Part shown: positions 6,297 through 14,179 of the stretch, piece by piece
Position numbering within the stretch: the first letter of the stretch is position 1
Layout: the number at the start of each line of letters is the position of its first letter
IMG/VR virus record: IMGVR_UViG_3300043654_000022
Span: 1-56,972 of that record
Length of the DNA: 56,972 nt
Origin: a virus
Taxonomy: Duplodnaviria > Caudoviricetes
Direction: 5' to 3' (one strand)
Made by a program: the position numbers and the translations under genes
The notes under the pieces: generated by a model
The model's database searches: none
Told to the model about the DNA's origin: nothing
Seen by the model: the letters and a program-made list of their open reading frames with translations, nothing else

Positions 6297-6866
6297 ATGA
6301 AATATAAATGTGTTCGGTGTGGTGTTGAGTTTTTCAGAAAGCACGGTGCTAGAAAGTATTGCTCCGTCGCCTGTGCCCAGAGAAGACTAGAAGGCGAGTG
6401 CGCCGATTGTAAGAAAGTCATTTCAGCCAATAAGGTCCGATGTGCAGATTGTCGAAACAAGATACGAGATGAGTGGCCCGAAAAACAAAAGATTCAGAGA
6501 AGAGAAAACGCGTATAGAATAAGTCGAGAGCCGCGCGGTCGATTTCACAGGCTTAAGAAAAATTTGAAAGACGAGAAAGTCCCCTCATCAGACCCTATCT
6601 GGAATTTTAATTTTTATGCTGCTTTGATACAAGATGAGCAGTGTCATTACTGTTTCGGTCCTCTGAGTCCGACAGGACACGCGTTAGACAGAGTAATAAA
6701 CAGTTTGGGACACACGGCGGGTAATGTTGTTCCTTGCTGTTAGCCCTGCAACACTATTAAAGGAAAGTACTGGGAGTATGAGCACATGATGTTGCTTGCC
6801 CCCAAACTTAGAGGTCTAAGAATTTCAAAGCTGGAAGCGCCCGATGGCAGGGCACCTCTTTCGTAA
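6297..6866 (+). pseudogene. Zn-finger HNH endonuclease interrupted by in-frame TAG at 6741
   Basis: CHYC...LDRV...NVVPCC*PCNTIKG; frame stays open to TAA 6864-6866. Confidence 0.75.
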
Positions 6867-6904
6867 AGAGTTCTCCAAAGGTTCAATTCCTTTTTCTAGC
6901 TCCA
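6830..6904 (+). tRNA. tRNA-Thr(CGT)
   Basis: ctct-ttCGTaa-agag, CCA. Confidence 0.88.
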
Positions 6905-6914
6905 ATTTTTCTGA

Positions 6915-6988
6915 GCGGGACTGGCGTATTGGCAGCGCGACAGTCTTCCAAACTGTAGGAAAGGGTTCAACTCCCTTGTTCCGCTCCA
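6915..6988 (+). tRNA. tRNA-Gly(TCC)
   Basis: acagt-ctTCCaa-actgt, U73 CCA. Confidence 0.92.
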
Positions 6989-7003
6989 AAAATTACGTGG
7001 AAG

Positions 7004-7088
7004 TGCGGCGAAGACGGCGGGTCGCATCTGTCTGTAAAACAGACTGTCTTTGTGGCACTAGAAGGTCCGAATCCTTCCGCCGCAACCA
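7004..7088 (+). tRNA. tRNA-Tyr(GTA)
   Basis: tgcggcg/cgccgca acceptor, tctgt-ctGTAaa-acaga, V-arm, CCA; short D-arm. Confidence 0.85.
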
Positions 7089-7101
7089 ATTTCATATCAT
7101 A

Positions 7102-7128
7102 AACCCCCGACTTTCTTGGGGCTTTTTC
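7102..7128 (+). terminator. intrinsic terminator ending the tRNA operon
   Basis: cccccga/ttggggg stem followed by T-run. Confidence 0.65.
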
Positions 7129-7143
7129 ATTTACGGAGACCTC

Positions 7144-7509
7144 ATGGCAAACACGCCTACCGCGATGTATTCGCAAAATAGTTCGCAAAGCGGCACGACC
7201 GTTGCGGGAGCCTTCCCCCAAGGTCCGGGCAGCGCGCAGAATCTTGACCTGTTGCAGATTATCGGACAAGGCGGCAGCGTTCTCCTAAACGTTGATTCCG
7301 CAGGCGTAGTTCATAATGCCGCAGTCTCTCCGACAAACGGCACGCGCGTCGGCCAGTTTCAAACCCGCCTAAACAGCAGCGCAACCACGGCGCAGCTATT
7401 CGCGGATGCATTCTCGAACCCTTCTCAGCTAGACATTCTCCAAGTCATCAACGCGGGCGGCAACATCCATTACTTCCTAGACTACTTGGGAGTAGCGCAC
7501 GGTTCGTAA
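7144..7509 (+). CDS. putative virion protein with duplicated LD.LQ.I..GG......D..GV.H motif
   Basis: GGAG SD before ATG 7144; the longer track ORF overlaps tRNAs. Confidence 0.75.
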   Translation: MANTPTAMYSQNSSQSGTTVAGAFPQGPGSAQNLDLLQIIGQGGSVLLNVDSAGVVHNAAVSPTNGTRVGQFQTRLNSSATTAQLFADAFSNPSQLDILQVINAGGNIHYFLDYLGVAHGS

Positions 7510-7625
7510 TCCTCTGCGCTAAACTTCTATGTGGCAGCGCCGTTGTGGTCGCTGTAACCGAGAACTTTTTAAGAAAGACCCGTGGGCCGTCATCGTCTGT
7601 ATTTGCGGCTGGGTTTGGAGATAAC

Positions 7626-7862
7626 ATGGCCAACGTAGGAAATAGACAGAATCTAACCCCGGAAGAGGCAGCACTCGCTGTTGAGGTATACAACAGCGCA
7701 GGCCGCTTGGACAAAGTTAAAACCGACGCGGCTAACGATGTGATTTTTCACACCAACAACGTGGTGACTAGCGTCATAGCGGGTTCGGTTGTTAAGAACG
7801 CAGCGGCAACACTGGCGAACCACAAGACTGCCAGAGATAAGTTTCGAGCGGACAACAAGTAA
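7626..7862 (+). CDS. hypothetical protein
   Basis: GGAG SD, ATG 7626. Confidence 0.7.
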   Translation: MANVGNRQNLTPEEAALAVEVYNSAGRLDKVKTDAANDVIFHTNNVVTSVIAGSVVKNAAATLANHKTARDKFRADNK

Positions 7863-7985
7863 GGTCCAGCAAAAATTTTGAGCGGCTCACAGCACGTCCT
7901 AAGTGTGTCGCCAATAAAAAGCGTTTCGTCGGCGTAAATCCCAATAAAGGGAGCGTTGACGTTGCGTATACATAAAAGGTGATAC

Positions 7986-8591
7986 ATGAGTAACGTACTA
8001 GATTTCGGCGTAGTCGGCGCATTCCCATCAAAGGTGGGTGGAACCGGAACAGCCGTGAAGTATTTCCCTCGTCCGCTTGGCCCGTCAATCGGCGTGGCTC
8101 CGACGACTCCGTCTTCGACGAGCGCAGCGGGCGCGCTTTTGCTCCCGGCTGCTAACGTTTACAACGGTCAGCAGATTTCTGTTTTGGCATCAGGTTCTTT
8201 CGGTTCAGACACTGGCGACCCATCGGGAACCGTGACGGTGAAGTTGTATGGCGTAACTGGCAGCTTGACTTCTCCGGTTTACACCGCGCTTGCGGCAACC
8301 ACCGCGTTCGTTCCGACGTTCGCAGCGGCAGAATCGTGGGCAATCGAAGCCACCTTGTATGGCGACAGCAACTCGGGTGTTCTTGGTGGCTCGTACTCAT
8401 CGTACGTTCAAGGCGCTTTGAACAACTCTAGCCCGAAGACCTCGGACAGCGTCATCAGCGGTTTGAACTTCAACACGGGCAACCCGGCGCTTGCACAAGG
8501 CGCAGTGCTTGGCTTCGTCGTTGGTGTGACCTTCGGCACTTCGGACGCAAGTAACACCGCGTCGTTGTTCCAGTTCACCATCGAGTCGTAA
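7986..8591 (+). CDS. putative structural/decoration protein
   Basis: G/S/T/A-rich beta composition, SD, downstream terminator. Confidence 0.7.
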   Translation: MSNVLDFGVVGAFPSKVGGTGTAVKYFPRPLGPSIGVAPTTPSSTSAAGALLLPAANVYNGQQISVLASGSFGSDTGDPSGTVTVKLYGVTGSLTSPVYTALAATTAFVPTFAAAESWAIEATLYGDSNSGVLGGSYSSYVQGALNNSSPKTSDSVISGLNFNTGNPALAQGAVLGFVVGVTFGTSDASNTASLFQFTIES

Positions 8592-8598
8592 AGTCTCA

Positions 8599-8625
8599 GG
8601 GGAGTCGAAAGGCTCCCCATTTTTC
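8599..8625 (+). terminator. intrinsic terminator
   Basis: ggggagtc-gaaa-ggctcccc followed by T-run. Confidence 0.75.
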
Positions 8626-8719
8626 CCTGTCGCTGGTGCGCCCCTAAATACGGCGACCACGCGGGCGTGTGAAATCCACAGCACCCACGGGTTATAGCCC
8701 CGGATTTTTTAAGGACACC

Positions 8720-9001
8720 ATGTTTGACCCAGCTAGTTTAACTTTGGGACAGGTGTCATCGACCCTCAGAGACTTTGCGGTAGTAGGATTTCTTGTCGGA
8801 GTCGCGTGGAGAGCGCGCGGCGGTTTTGAACTAGTTAAGAAATTCTTTGAGCGTTTGACGACGTTTATGGATACTGTGGAGCAAGATAGCGCCTTCATTC
8901 GTGAGGGCATGCAAACGCTCCTACACAACCATCTGACCCACATCGAAGCAGATTTGAAGACCATCTCGGGCCGCAAGGACGAGAGTGTTTTCGGAGAGTA
9001 A
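8720..9001 (+). CDS. single-TM protein with coiled tail (holin-like?)
   Basis: AAGGA SD; hydrophobic FAVVGFLVGVAW. Confidence 0.6.
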   Translation: MFDPASLTLGQVSSTLRDFAVVGFLVGVAWRARGGFELVKKFFERLTTFMDTVEQDSAFIREGMQTLLHNHLTHIEADLKTISGRKDESVFGE

Positions 9002-9003
9002 TT

Positions 9004-9189
9004 ATGCCGTTCGAGAGCGCAGCACAACGAGGCTACCTCCACGCTCATCCTGAGATTTTAGGGAAGAAGGCGTTGGCTGAGTGGGATGCTGCGTCGAAGG
9101 GCCAACACGTACCGGAGCACGTCCACAAGACGGCATCATACTCGGTGGCTCGCGCAACAAGAAAAGAATCTGAGAAGAAAGAGGGCTAA
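9004..9189 (+). CDS. small conserved phage protein (MPF.S.AQ..YLHA..PE...EW..A..G..P..V)
   Basis: recognisable small phage motif, GGAG SD. Confidence 0.7.
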   Translation: MPFESAAQRGYLHAHPEILGKKALAEWDAASKGQHVPEHVHKTASYSVARATRKESEKKEG

Positions 9190-9190
9190 C

Positions 9191-9859
9191 GTGGCGGCGG
9201 ATAAACTAGTACAAATTGAGTCCGGCGTTCAAAGATGGGCGCTTGCGTTCGTCGGTGGTACGGACACAGGCGACCAACCGAAGTCTTGTTTCAACTGCCC
9301 ATTTCTCTATATCCACCAAAGACGATGCCAGATTCATGGACCGGATATCATCATCGACCGAGTTACAAAGGGCGGACAGGTTTACACGCCAGTCTGTTGT
9401 TACCAACGCGGGGGGACACCTCTCGCGGTTGGAGACAATGAAGTCGTTTATAATGTCAACACGCTTGGTGATAAGGCCGCGAACCAAACTGGATTAGAGT
9501 GGGCTAAGAGCTCTACTGGCACCAATTGCGGTGGATTCAAAGACGGCGCACCGTGCGAACACTTTATCGTTACAGATGGCAAGGGCATAGACGGCGATTG
9601 TGCTCTCATGTCTGAGAAGCAAGATGCGACCAGCGATGCAATGTCCGAGCACAAAGGAAGAAGCGTTGACTGGGACGATTGTTGTGATGGGCACGAAGGC
9701 GAGAATATCTCGTGGCGAGAAGCACAGAAGCTGATTGGGCCGGACAAAGCTAAGTTCAAGTTTCAAAATTTGAGTGTCGGCGTAAATAACGCGCCGTCCA
9801 AGACCGAAGATTCTGAATACGTCCGCGCAAGAGCGGAGCGTAAAGCAAAACAGATTTGA
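9191..9859 (+). CDS. Cys-rich hypothetical protein
   Basis: GTG after GAGGG; CxxC, CC and further Cys. Confidence 0.7.
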   Translation: MAADKLVQIESGVQRWALAFVGGTDTGDQPKSCFNCPFLYIHQRRCQIHGPDIIIDRVTKGGQVYTPVCCYQRGGTPLAVGDNEVVYNVNTLGDKAANQTGLEWAKSSTGTNCGGFKDGAPCEHFIVTDGKGIDGDCALMSEKQDATSDAMSEHKGRSVDWDDCCDGHEGENISWREAQKLIGPDKAKFKFQNLSVGVNNAPSKTEDSEYVRARAERKAKQI

Positions 9860-9867
9860 GAGGGAAT

Positions 9868-10149
9868 ATGCGTCATCACAACTTTAGTCACACCGTTACC
9901 GAACACCACGACGACGGCTCGCACACGATTCACCACGTTCACAAGAAGCACGGCTTCGTGGGGCCGGAGAAGCGTGATGGAGACGTGAAGGGTGCGGCAA
10001 TGAACCACGACGCGATGATGGACCACATTATGGACCACACATCGATGCCGAATCCGGGCGAAGGCAAGAACGCGGATAACGAGGCGATGGGAGAGCAAGT
10101 CTCGCCGGGCGCTCACCCGAATGTTGCGGCGATGCAACAGGGAGCCTAA
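9868..10149 (+). CDS. His/Met-rich small protein
   Basis: HHNFSHTVTEHHDDGSHTIHHVH. Confidence 0.7.
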   Translation: MRHHNFSHTVTEHHDDGSHTIHHVHKKHGFVGPEKRDGDVKGAAMNHDAMMDHIMDHTSMPNPGEGKNADNEAMGEQVSPGAHPNVAAMQQGA

Positions 10150-10150
10150 T

Positions 10151-10339
10151 ATGGCAAAGTCTGACGCATCATTTTACCGCTCGATGCATCACCTCCGCAA
10201 AGGTGGGCTGCACGACGCGCTCAACATTCCAAAGGACCAAAAGATTCCCGCGGAGCGTTTGGAGAAGGCAAAGAACTCTTCTAACCCGCACGTTAAGAAG
10301 ATGGCCGTCTTGGCAAACAACATGAAGCATTGGGGATAA
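10151..10339 (+). CDS. small basic phage protein (KGGLH.AL.IP..KIP...L.KA family)
   Basis: recognisable motif, GGGAG SD. Confidence 0.7.
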   Translation: MAKSDASFYRSMHHLRKGGLHDALNIPKDQKIPAERLEKAKNSSNPHVKKMAVLANNMKHWG

Positions 10340-10340
10340 C

Positions 10341-10643
10341 ATGAAGCTGACACCTGAGTTCGTCACTAAGGCGATGGAGAAGATGTCGCCGTGGTTGGCC
10401 AAGGCGTTCAGCGACAACGGTACGCCTAGCTCGTCCCGTTTGTTGACGCTGCTTCATTCTCTTGTCGGATGCGGCGTTCTGATTTACGTGATTGTGAAGA
10501 CGCACCTCTTACCGGATGGCACCACGCTGGCTGGGTTGGGCGCGTTCTCCACGGCGCACTACGCAGTCAATCGCGCGACCAACGCGTGGGGCAAGGACAA
10601 GAACGTTGCCAAGCCGGACGGCGACGATAAAGTTTCGCAGTAA
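10341..10643 (+). CDS. two-TM membrane protein (holin candidate)
   Basis: G.PSSSRLL followed by two hydrophobic helices. Confidence 0.6.
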   Translation: MKLTPEFVTKAMEKMSPWLAKAFSDNGTPSSSRLLTLLHSLVGCGVLIYVIVKTHLLPDGTTLAGLGAFSTAHYAVNRATNAWGKDKNVAKPDGDDKVSQ

Positions 10644-10719
10644 ACCCGGAGCAGAGGATTCCGCGAGGGAGCCGGGCTGAACGGTAATGCTCTGCAAAGA
10701 GCCGTTCACGGATAGACTC

Positions 10720-11583
10720 GTGAAGAAACTACTCTTGGCAGCAGCACTGTTGCTGTTGTCTATTCCTATGTTCGCAGCAACAAAGCCGACTCCTCAGTTC
10801 TCCGATACCTTGTCCAAGTCAACCTTGGCCGTGTATGTCGGTAAACAGGAATGCGGCTACAATACTGTGTCCACTTTCTTTGGCAGCACCGATGTGTGGT
10901 CGTGTGAGTTCAAGTCTCGATTCACCTGCACTGCAACCGTGGTTGAAGCGGATGGTCGAGGCAGTTACGCCGGATTGACGGCGGGACACTGCTTCTCGTA
11001 CGAGGCGCTCGACAAGGGATACAAGTACTACGTTTCTGATAATTTGAGTGAACATCCGGTAGTGAGTGAAATCTCTTTACAGAAATTTGCGAACGAGCCC
11101 CGCTATGACTACGCGGTGTTCACCTTTCACAGTTTGAAAAATTATGTGCCCATCGAGTTCCAAAAAGAGGGCGCAGCGCCACCAGTTGGTACTGAGACGA
11201 TGAATGTAAACTTCTCTCTCGGCGTCGTGAAGCAGGTTGTAGAAGGCAAAGTTCTCTCGACTCAAATTACTGGGCAAGAAGATAAAGGTCACGAAAGTTT
11301 GCAAGGTCGTTTCTTCGTAGCCATCGGCATAGGTCCGGGCGCATCCGGCTCCGCTATCGTGGACAAGAAGACGCATAAAATTGTTGGCATGGTTGAAGCA
11401 GTATTCCCAAGTACCCAGATGGCGACAATCGTGGTTCCGATGGGAAACCAATTCGTAAACTTCATGGATGACGCCTCGGCGGGGTTGAAGCCAGAGAAGT
11501 CAAAAGCACATGTTCCGACTTTTCGCGAGTTGGTTGCTGACCTATTGAGCCGCATTTTCAACAAGATAAAATTTTGGAGCTAA
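10720..11583 (+). CDS. secreted trypsin-like (S1) serine protease
   Basis: signal peptide; TAGHC, DYA, GASGS catalytic motifs. Confidence 0.85.
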   Translation: MKKLLLAAALLLLSIPMFAATKPTPQFSDTLSKSTLAVYVGKQECGYNTVSTFFGSTDVWSCEFKSRFTCTATVVEADGRGSYAGLTAGHCFSYEALDKGYKYYVSDNLSEHPVVSEISLQKFANEPRYDYAVFTFHSLKNYVPIEFQKEGAAPPVGTETMNVNFSLGVVKQVVEGKVLSTQITGQEDKGHESLQGRFFVAIGIGPGASGSAIVDKKTHKIVGMVEAVFPSTQMATIVVPMGNQFVNFMDDASAGLKPEKSKAHVPTFRELVADLLSRIFNKIKFWS

Positions 11584-11584
11584 C

Positions 11585-11851
11585 ATGAGTTCGATACCAA
11601 GCATTCTTGAGGGCGCGAAGCAAGCATTGAAAAACGCCGACAACTTCGGTCAGCGAGAAACGGGCAACAAGAAAGCAGGCAGCCCGCCTAGCTATGCTGC
11701 CGCACATGAGGCGCGCAAGGCTGAGGGCTCAGCTACGGCACACGCCGCCGCACCAGCAAAAGAATTTATGGGGGTTCGTTCTGATGAAGCCCCGGAGCTA
11801 AATACCGCTCTCAAAGCGAGAGGGGACGCTCAAAAAGCATTGAACGAATAA
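11585..11851 (+). CDS. hypothetical protein
   Basis: GGAG SD. Confidence 0.65.
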   Translation: MSSIPSILEGAKQALKNADNFGQRETGNKKAGSPPSYAAAHEARKAEGSATAHAAAPAKEFMGVRSDEAPELNTALKARGDAQKALNE

Positions 11852-11863
11852 CCGAGGATTCCC

Positions 11864-14179
11864 ATGTTGACCGCAGAAGAGAGAAAAGAACAAGCCCGCC
11901 GTAGAAAGGCAAATCAGCGTGCTCGTGAAAAAGGTCAACCGGAGCCGTACAAGGTTACTGAGGAAGAAAAGGCTTTTAAGAAAGTGCGCGAGGAGCAATA
12001 CGAGAAAGACCTTGCGTGGGCGCGCCAACAAGATGCGAGTGGGAAGTTTTACAAAGAAGAGTGCCGTGGCACTGAGCAGCTTCTCGCAATCTATTACGGC
12101 AACAACACCGGAGTAGAGGAAGAGGACGACGAAGAAGGGTCGGAAGCCAACAAGAAAAAGAAGGCTCAGCAGAATATGCCGAACCCGGCGATTCAGCCTA
12201 TCCGTATTCTTGCGTCGGAGACTGTCGAAAATGGCGAGCGCGTACTCATCAACCCGGATGACGTGAAGTACCAAGGTTTCTACGAAGTCAGTAAGGTGCT
12301 GGCGTTCCGCGAGTGGTTGGATTATAGAAGCAAAGGCCGCCGCGATTTGTTTTGGCTTTCAGGTCTTCTGGATAAGCCTTTATTTCACGACGTTCATCAC
12401 CTCATTTGCGACATGTTTGTGCAAAAGAATTTCACGGGTAGGTACTATCCGGGGTTCAACCGCCACACCGTGAGCGCGATAATTAATTCACAAGTGCGCT
12501 TTTCAGCCGACGGGTCACCGACCCGAACCGCTTTGATTTTTGCTCCTCGCGGCGTGTGGAAGTCGACTATCGACGGCATCGATGCCGTGCAGTGGATGTT
12601 GAACGCACCAGACGTTCGCATCATGATTATTACGGCGTTTCGCACCCTATCAAAACAGTTTTTGAAGGAAATTAAGAGTTACTTCTATTTGCCGCCGCGC
12701 GGCGAGGCTACGGCATTTCAGTTGTTGTACCCAGAGTACGTTCTTACAGGCTTAGCGGGCCGCTCCAGAGAGCCGCTCGAATGCCCAGCCGCCACATTGA
12801 AATCGAAGGAACCCCACTTGTGGGTCACGTCGATGGAGTCGTCCATTACAGGCCAGCGCTGCGATATTTGTAAAGCAGACGATATCGTGGACCCGAAGAA
12901 TTCGACCGATGAGGTGATGAGACAGGGCCTCGTTGACAAGTTCAACGGAGCGTTGAACCTCACTGAACCTTGGGGATTCATCGACACCATTGGCACACGC
13001 TACTTCACAGACGACTATTACGGCACCCGTATGCAGGCGGATGAAGACGGCACTGTTGCGCCATTCTCTTTGTTGAGTTTGTCGGCGTGGTATCCGAAGC
13101 CGGGATTTGAGGTCACGTATCAGCGCCTTTTGGAAGAGCCGAACGGCATGTCGCAGGTCACCGAAGACATGGTCGATTTGCTGTTTCCATTCAAACTGAA
13201 TTTCGTCACCTTGCGTCGCAAGCTGTTAGACACGAAAGAGCGCAAGTCAACGAACATTCAAAAAGAACGCAATTTCCGTAACCAGTATTTGAACATTGCA
13301 ACTGACCCAGCAGAGGTCAGTGAGTTCACCGTACACTTCGAGATGCAGACGCTCCGCAGCATGACGTATGCATTGTCTGCCGCACCAACGGCAGGCGAGA
13401 CGTTCGTATCGATTGATTGGGCGTACTCGGACGGCAAGACCTCAGACTACTCGGCGTTGGCGGCAGTTCGTCGCCACACACGCGCGGATGGAACTTACGA
13501 GCTAATCGTTTTGGAAGTTCTGTTCGGTAAATGGAAGTCCTCAGTGCTGGCCGAAAAGATTGTTCTGTTCTTGAGAAAGTATCAGCCCGCCGCCACCTTC
13601 ATCGAGAAGGCGCTGGGACATGATTTGCTTCACACACTTCTTGTTTGGAACGCTGGCCGCTACCAAGTTGATTTGAGTCGCGTACAATACGTCCCAACAG
13701 GAAACACAAAGAACGAGAAAGCAAACCGCATCAAGACTTTAGAAGTCCTCGTAGCCGCGGAGCGCCTGCACTTTGTGGCAGGTCCGTGGATTGACGAACT
13801 GTACAAGCAGTTCGAGGGCTTCACAGGCGATACAAAGAAGGGCAGAAAAGACGACATTCCAGACGCAATCTCTCGTGTTAGCAAGACGCTCCCGTCCACG
13901 ATGTTTACGGGAGTCGAGTACGACGAGATAGAAGAGAAGCGTTTGGCAGAAGAAGAAACAAAGCAACTCCGTAAGGCGCACCACTACAACACGTACTTTG
14001 GGACCAACTACGGCGGCACAATAAAGTACCCCGGCCCGCCGTCAACACAGGCCCCAACCGTTCGACAGTGGTTAAACGGTGGAACACTGCCGCCGCTGAC
14101 AATCACCGAAGTTGCACCAGCGAAACCGCAGGACCCGAGAATGAAAATATTCGGCAATAGAGGTCCTTGGAGACTTTAA
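11864..14179 (+). CDS. terL: terminase large subunit
   Basis: Walker A APRGVWKST, Walker B ICKADD, coupling IGTRY, nuclease SIDWAYS..SDYSA and KDDIPDA. Confidence 0.93.
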   Translation: MLTAEERKEQARRRKANQRAREKGQPEPYKVTEEEKAFKKVREEQYEKDLAWARQQDASGKFYKEECRGTEQLLAIYYGNNTGVEEEDDEEGSEANKKKKAQQNMPNPAIQPIRILASETVENGERVLINPDDVKYQGFYEVSKVLAFREWLDYRSKGRRDLFWLSGLLDKPLFHDVHHLICDMFVQKNFTGRYYPGFNRHTVSAIINSQVRFSADGSPTRTALIFAPRGVWKSTIDGIDAVQWMLNAPDVRIMIITAFRTLSKQFLKEIKSYFYLPPRGEATAFQLLYPEYVLTGLAGRSREPLECPAATLKSKEPHLWVTSMESSITGQRCDICKADDIVDPKNSTDEVMRQGLVDKFNGALNLTEPWGFIDTIGTRYFTDDYYGTRMQADEDGTVAPFSLLSLSAWYPKPGFEVTYQRLLEEPNGMSQVTEDMVDLLFPFKLNFVTLRRKLLDTKERKSTNIQKERNFRNQYLNIATDPAEVSEFTVHFEMQTLRSMTYALSAAPTAGETFVSIDWAYSDGKTSDYSALAAVRRHTRADGTYELIVLEVLFGKWKSSVLAEKIVLFLRKYQPAATFIEKALGHDLLHTLLVWNAGRYQVDLSRVQYVPTGNTKNEKANRIKTLEVLVAAERLHFVAGPWIDELYKQFEGFTGDTKKGRKDDIPDAISRVSKTLPSTMFTGVEYDEIEEKRLAEEETKQLRKAHHYNTYFGTNYGGTIKYPGPPSTQAPTVRQWLNGGTLPPLTITEVAPAKPQDPRMKIFGNRGPWRL

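Noticed and set aside
6741-6743. Genome-wide TAG recoding
   Set aside because: Long genes have no internal TAG, and TAG ends normal genes (for example at 48015, 51912 and 54151)
1746-7088. tRNA-associated HDV-like (theta) ribozymes
   Set aside because: tRNAs encode CCA and are mostly followed by A/T-rich spacers; no nested double pseudoknot seen directly at a 3' end. A covariance search would be decisive
7880-7975. Riboswitch upstream of 7986
   Set aside because: Hairpins are present but I recognise no aptamer consensus
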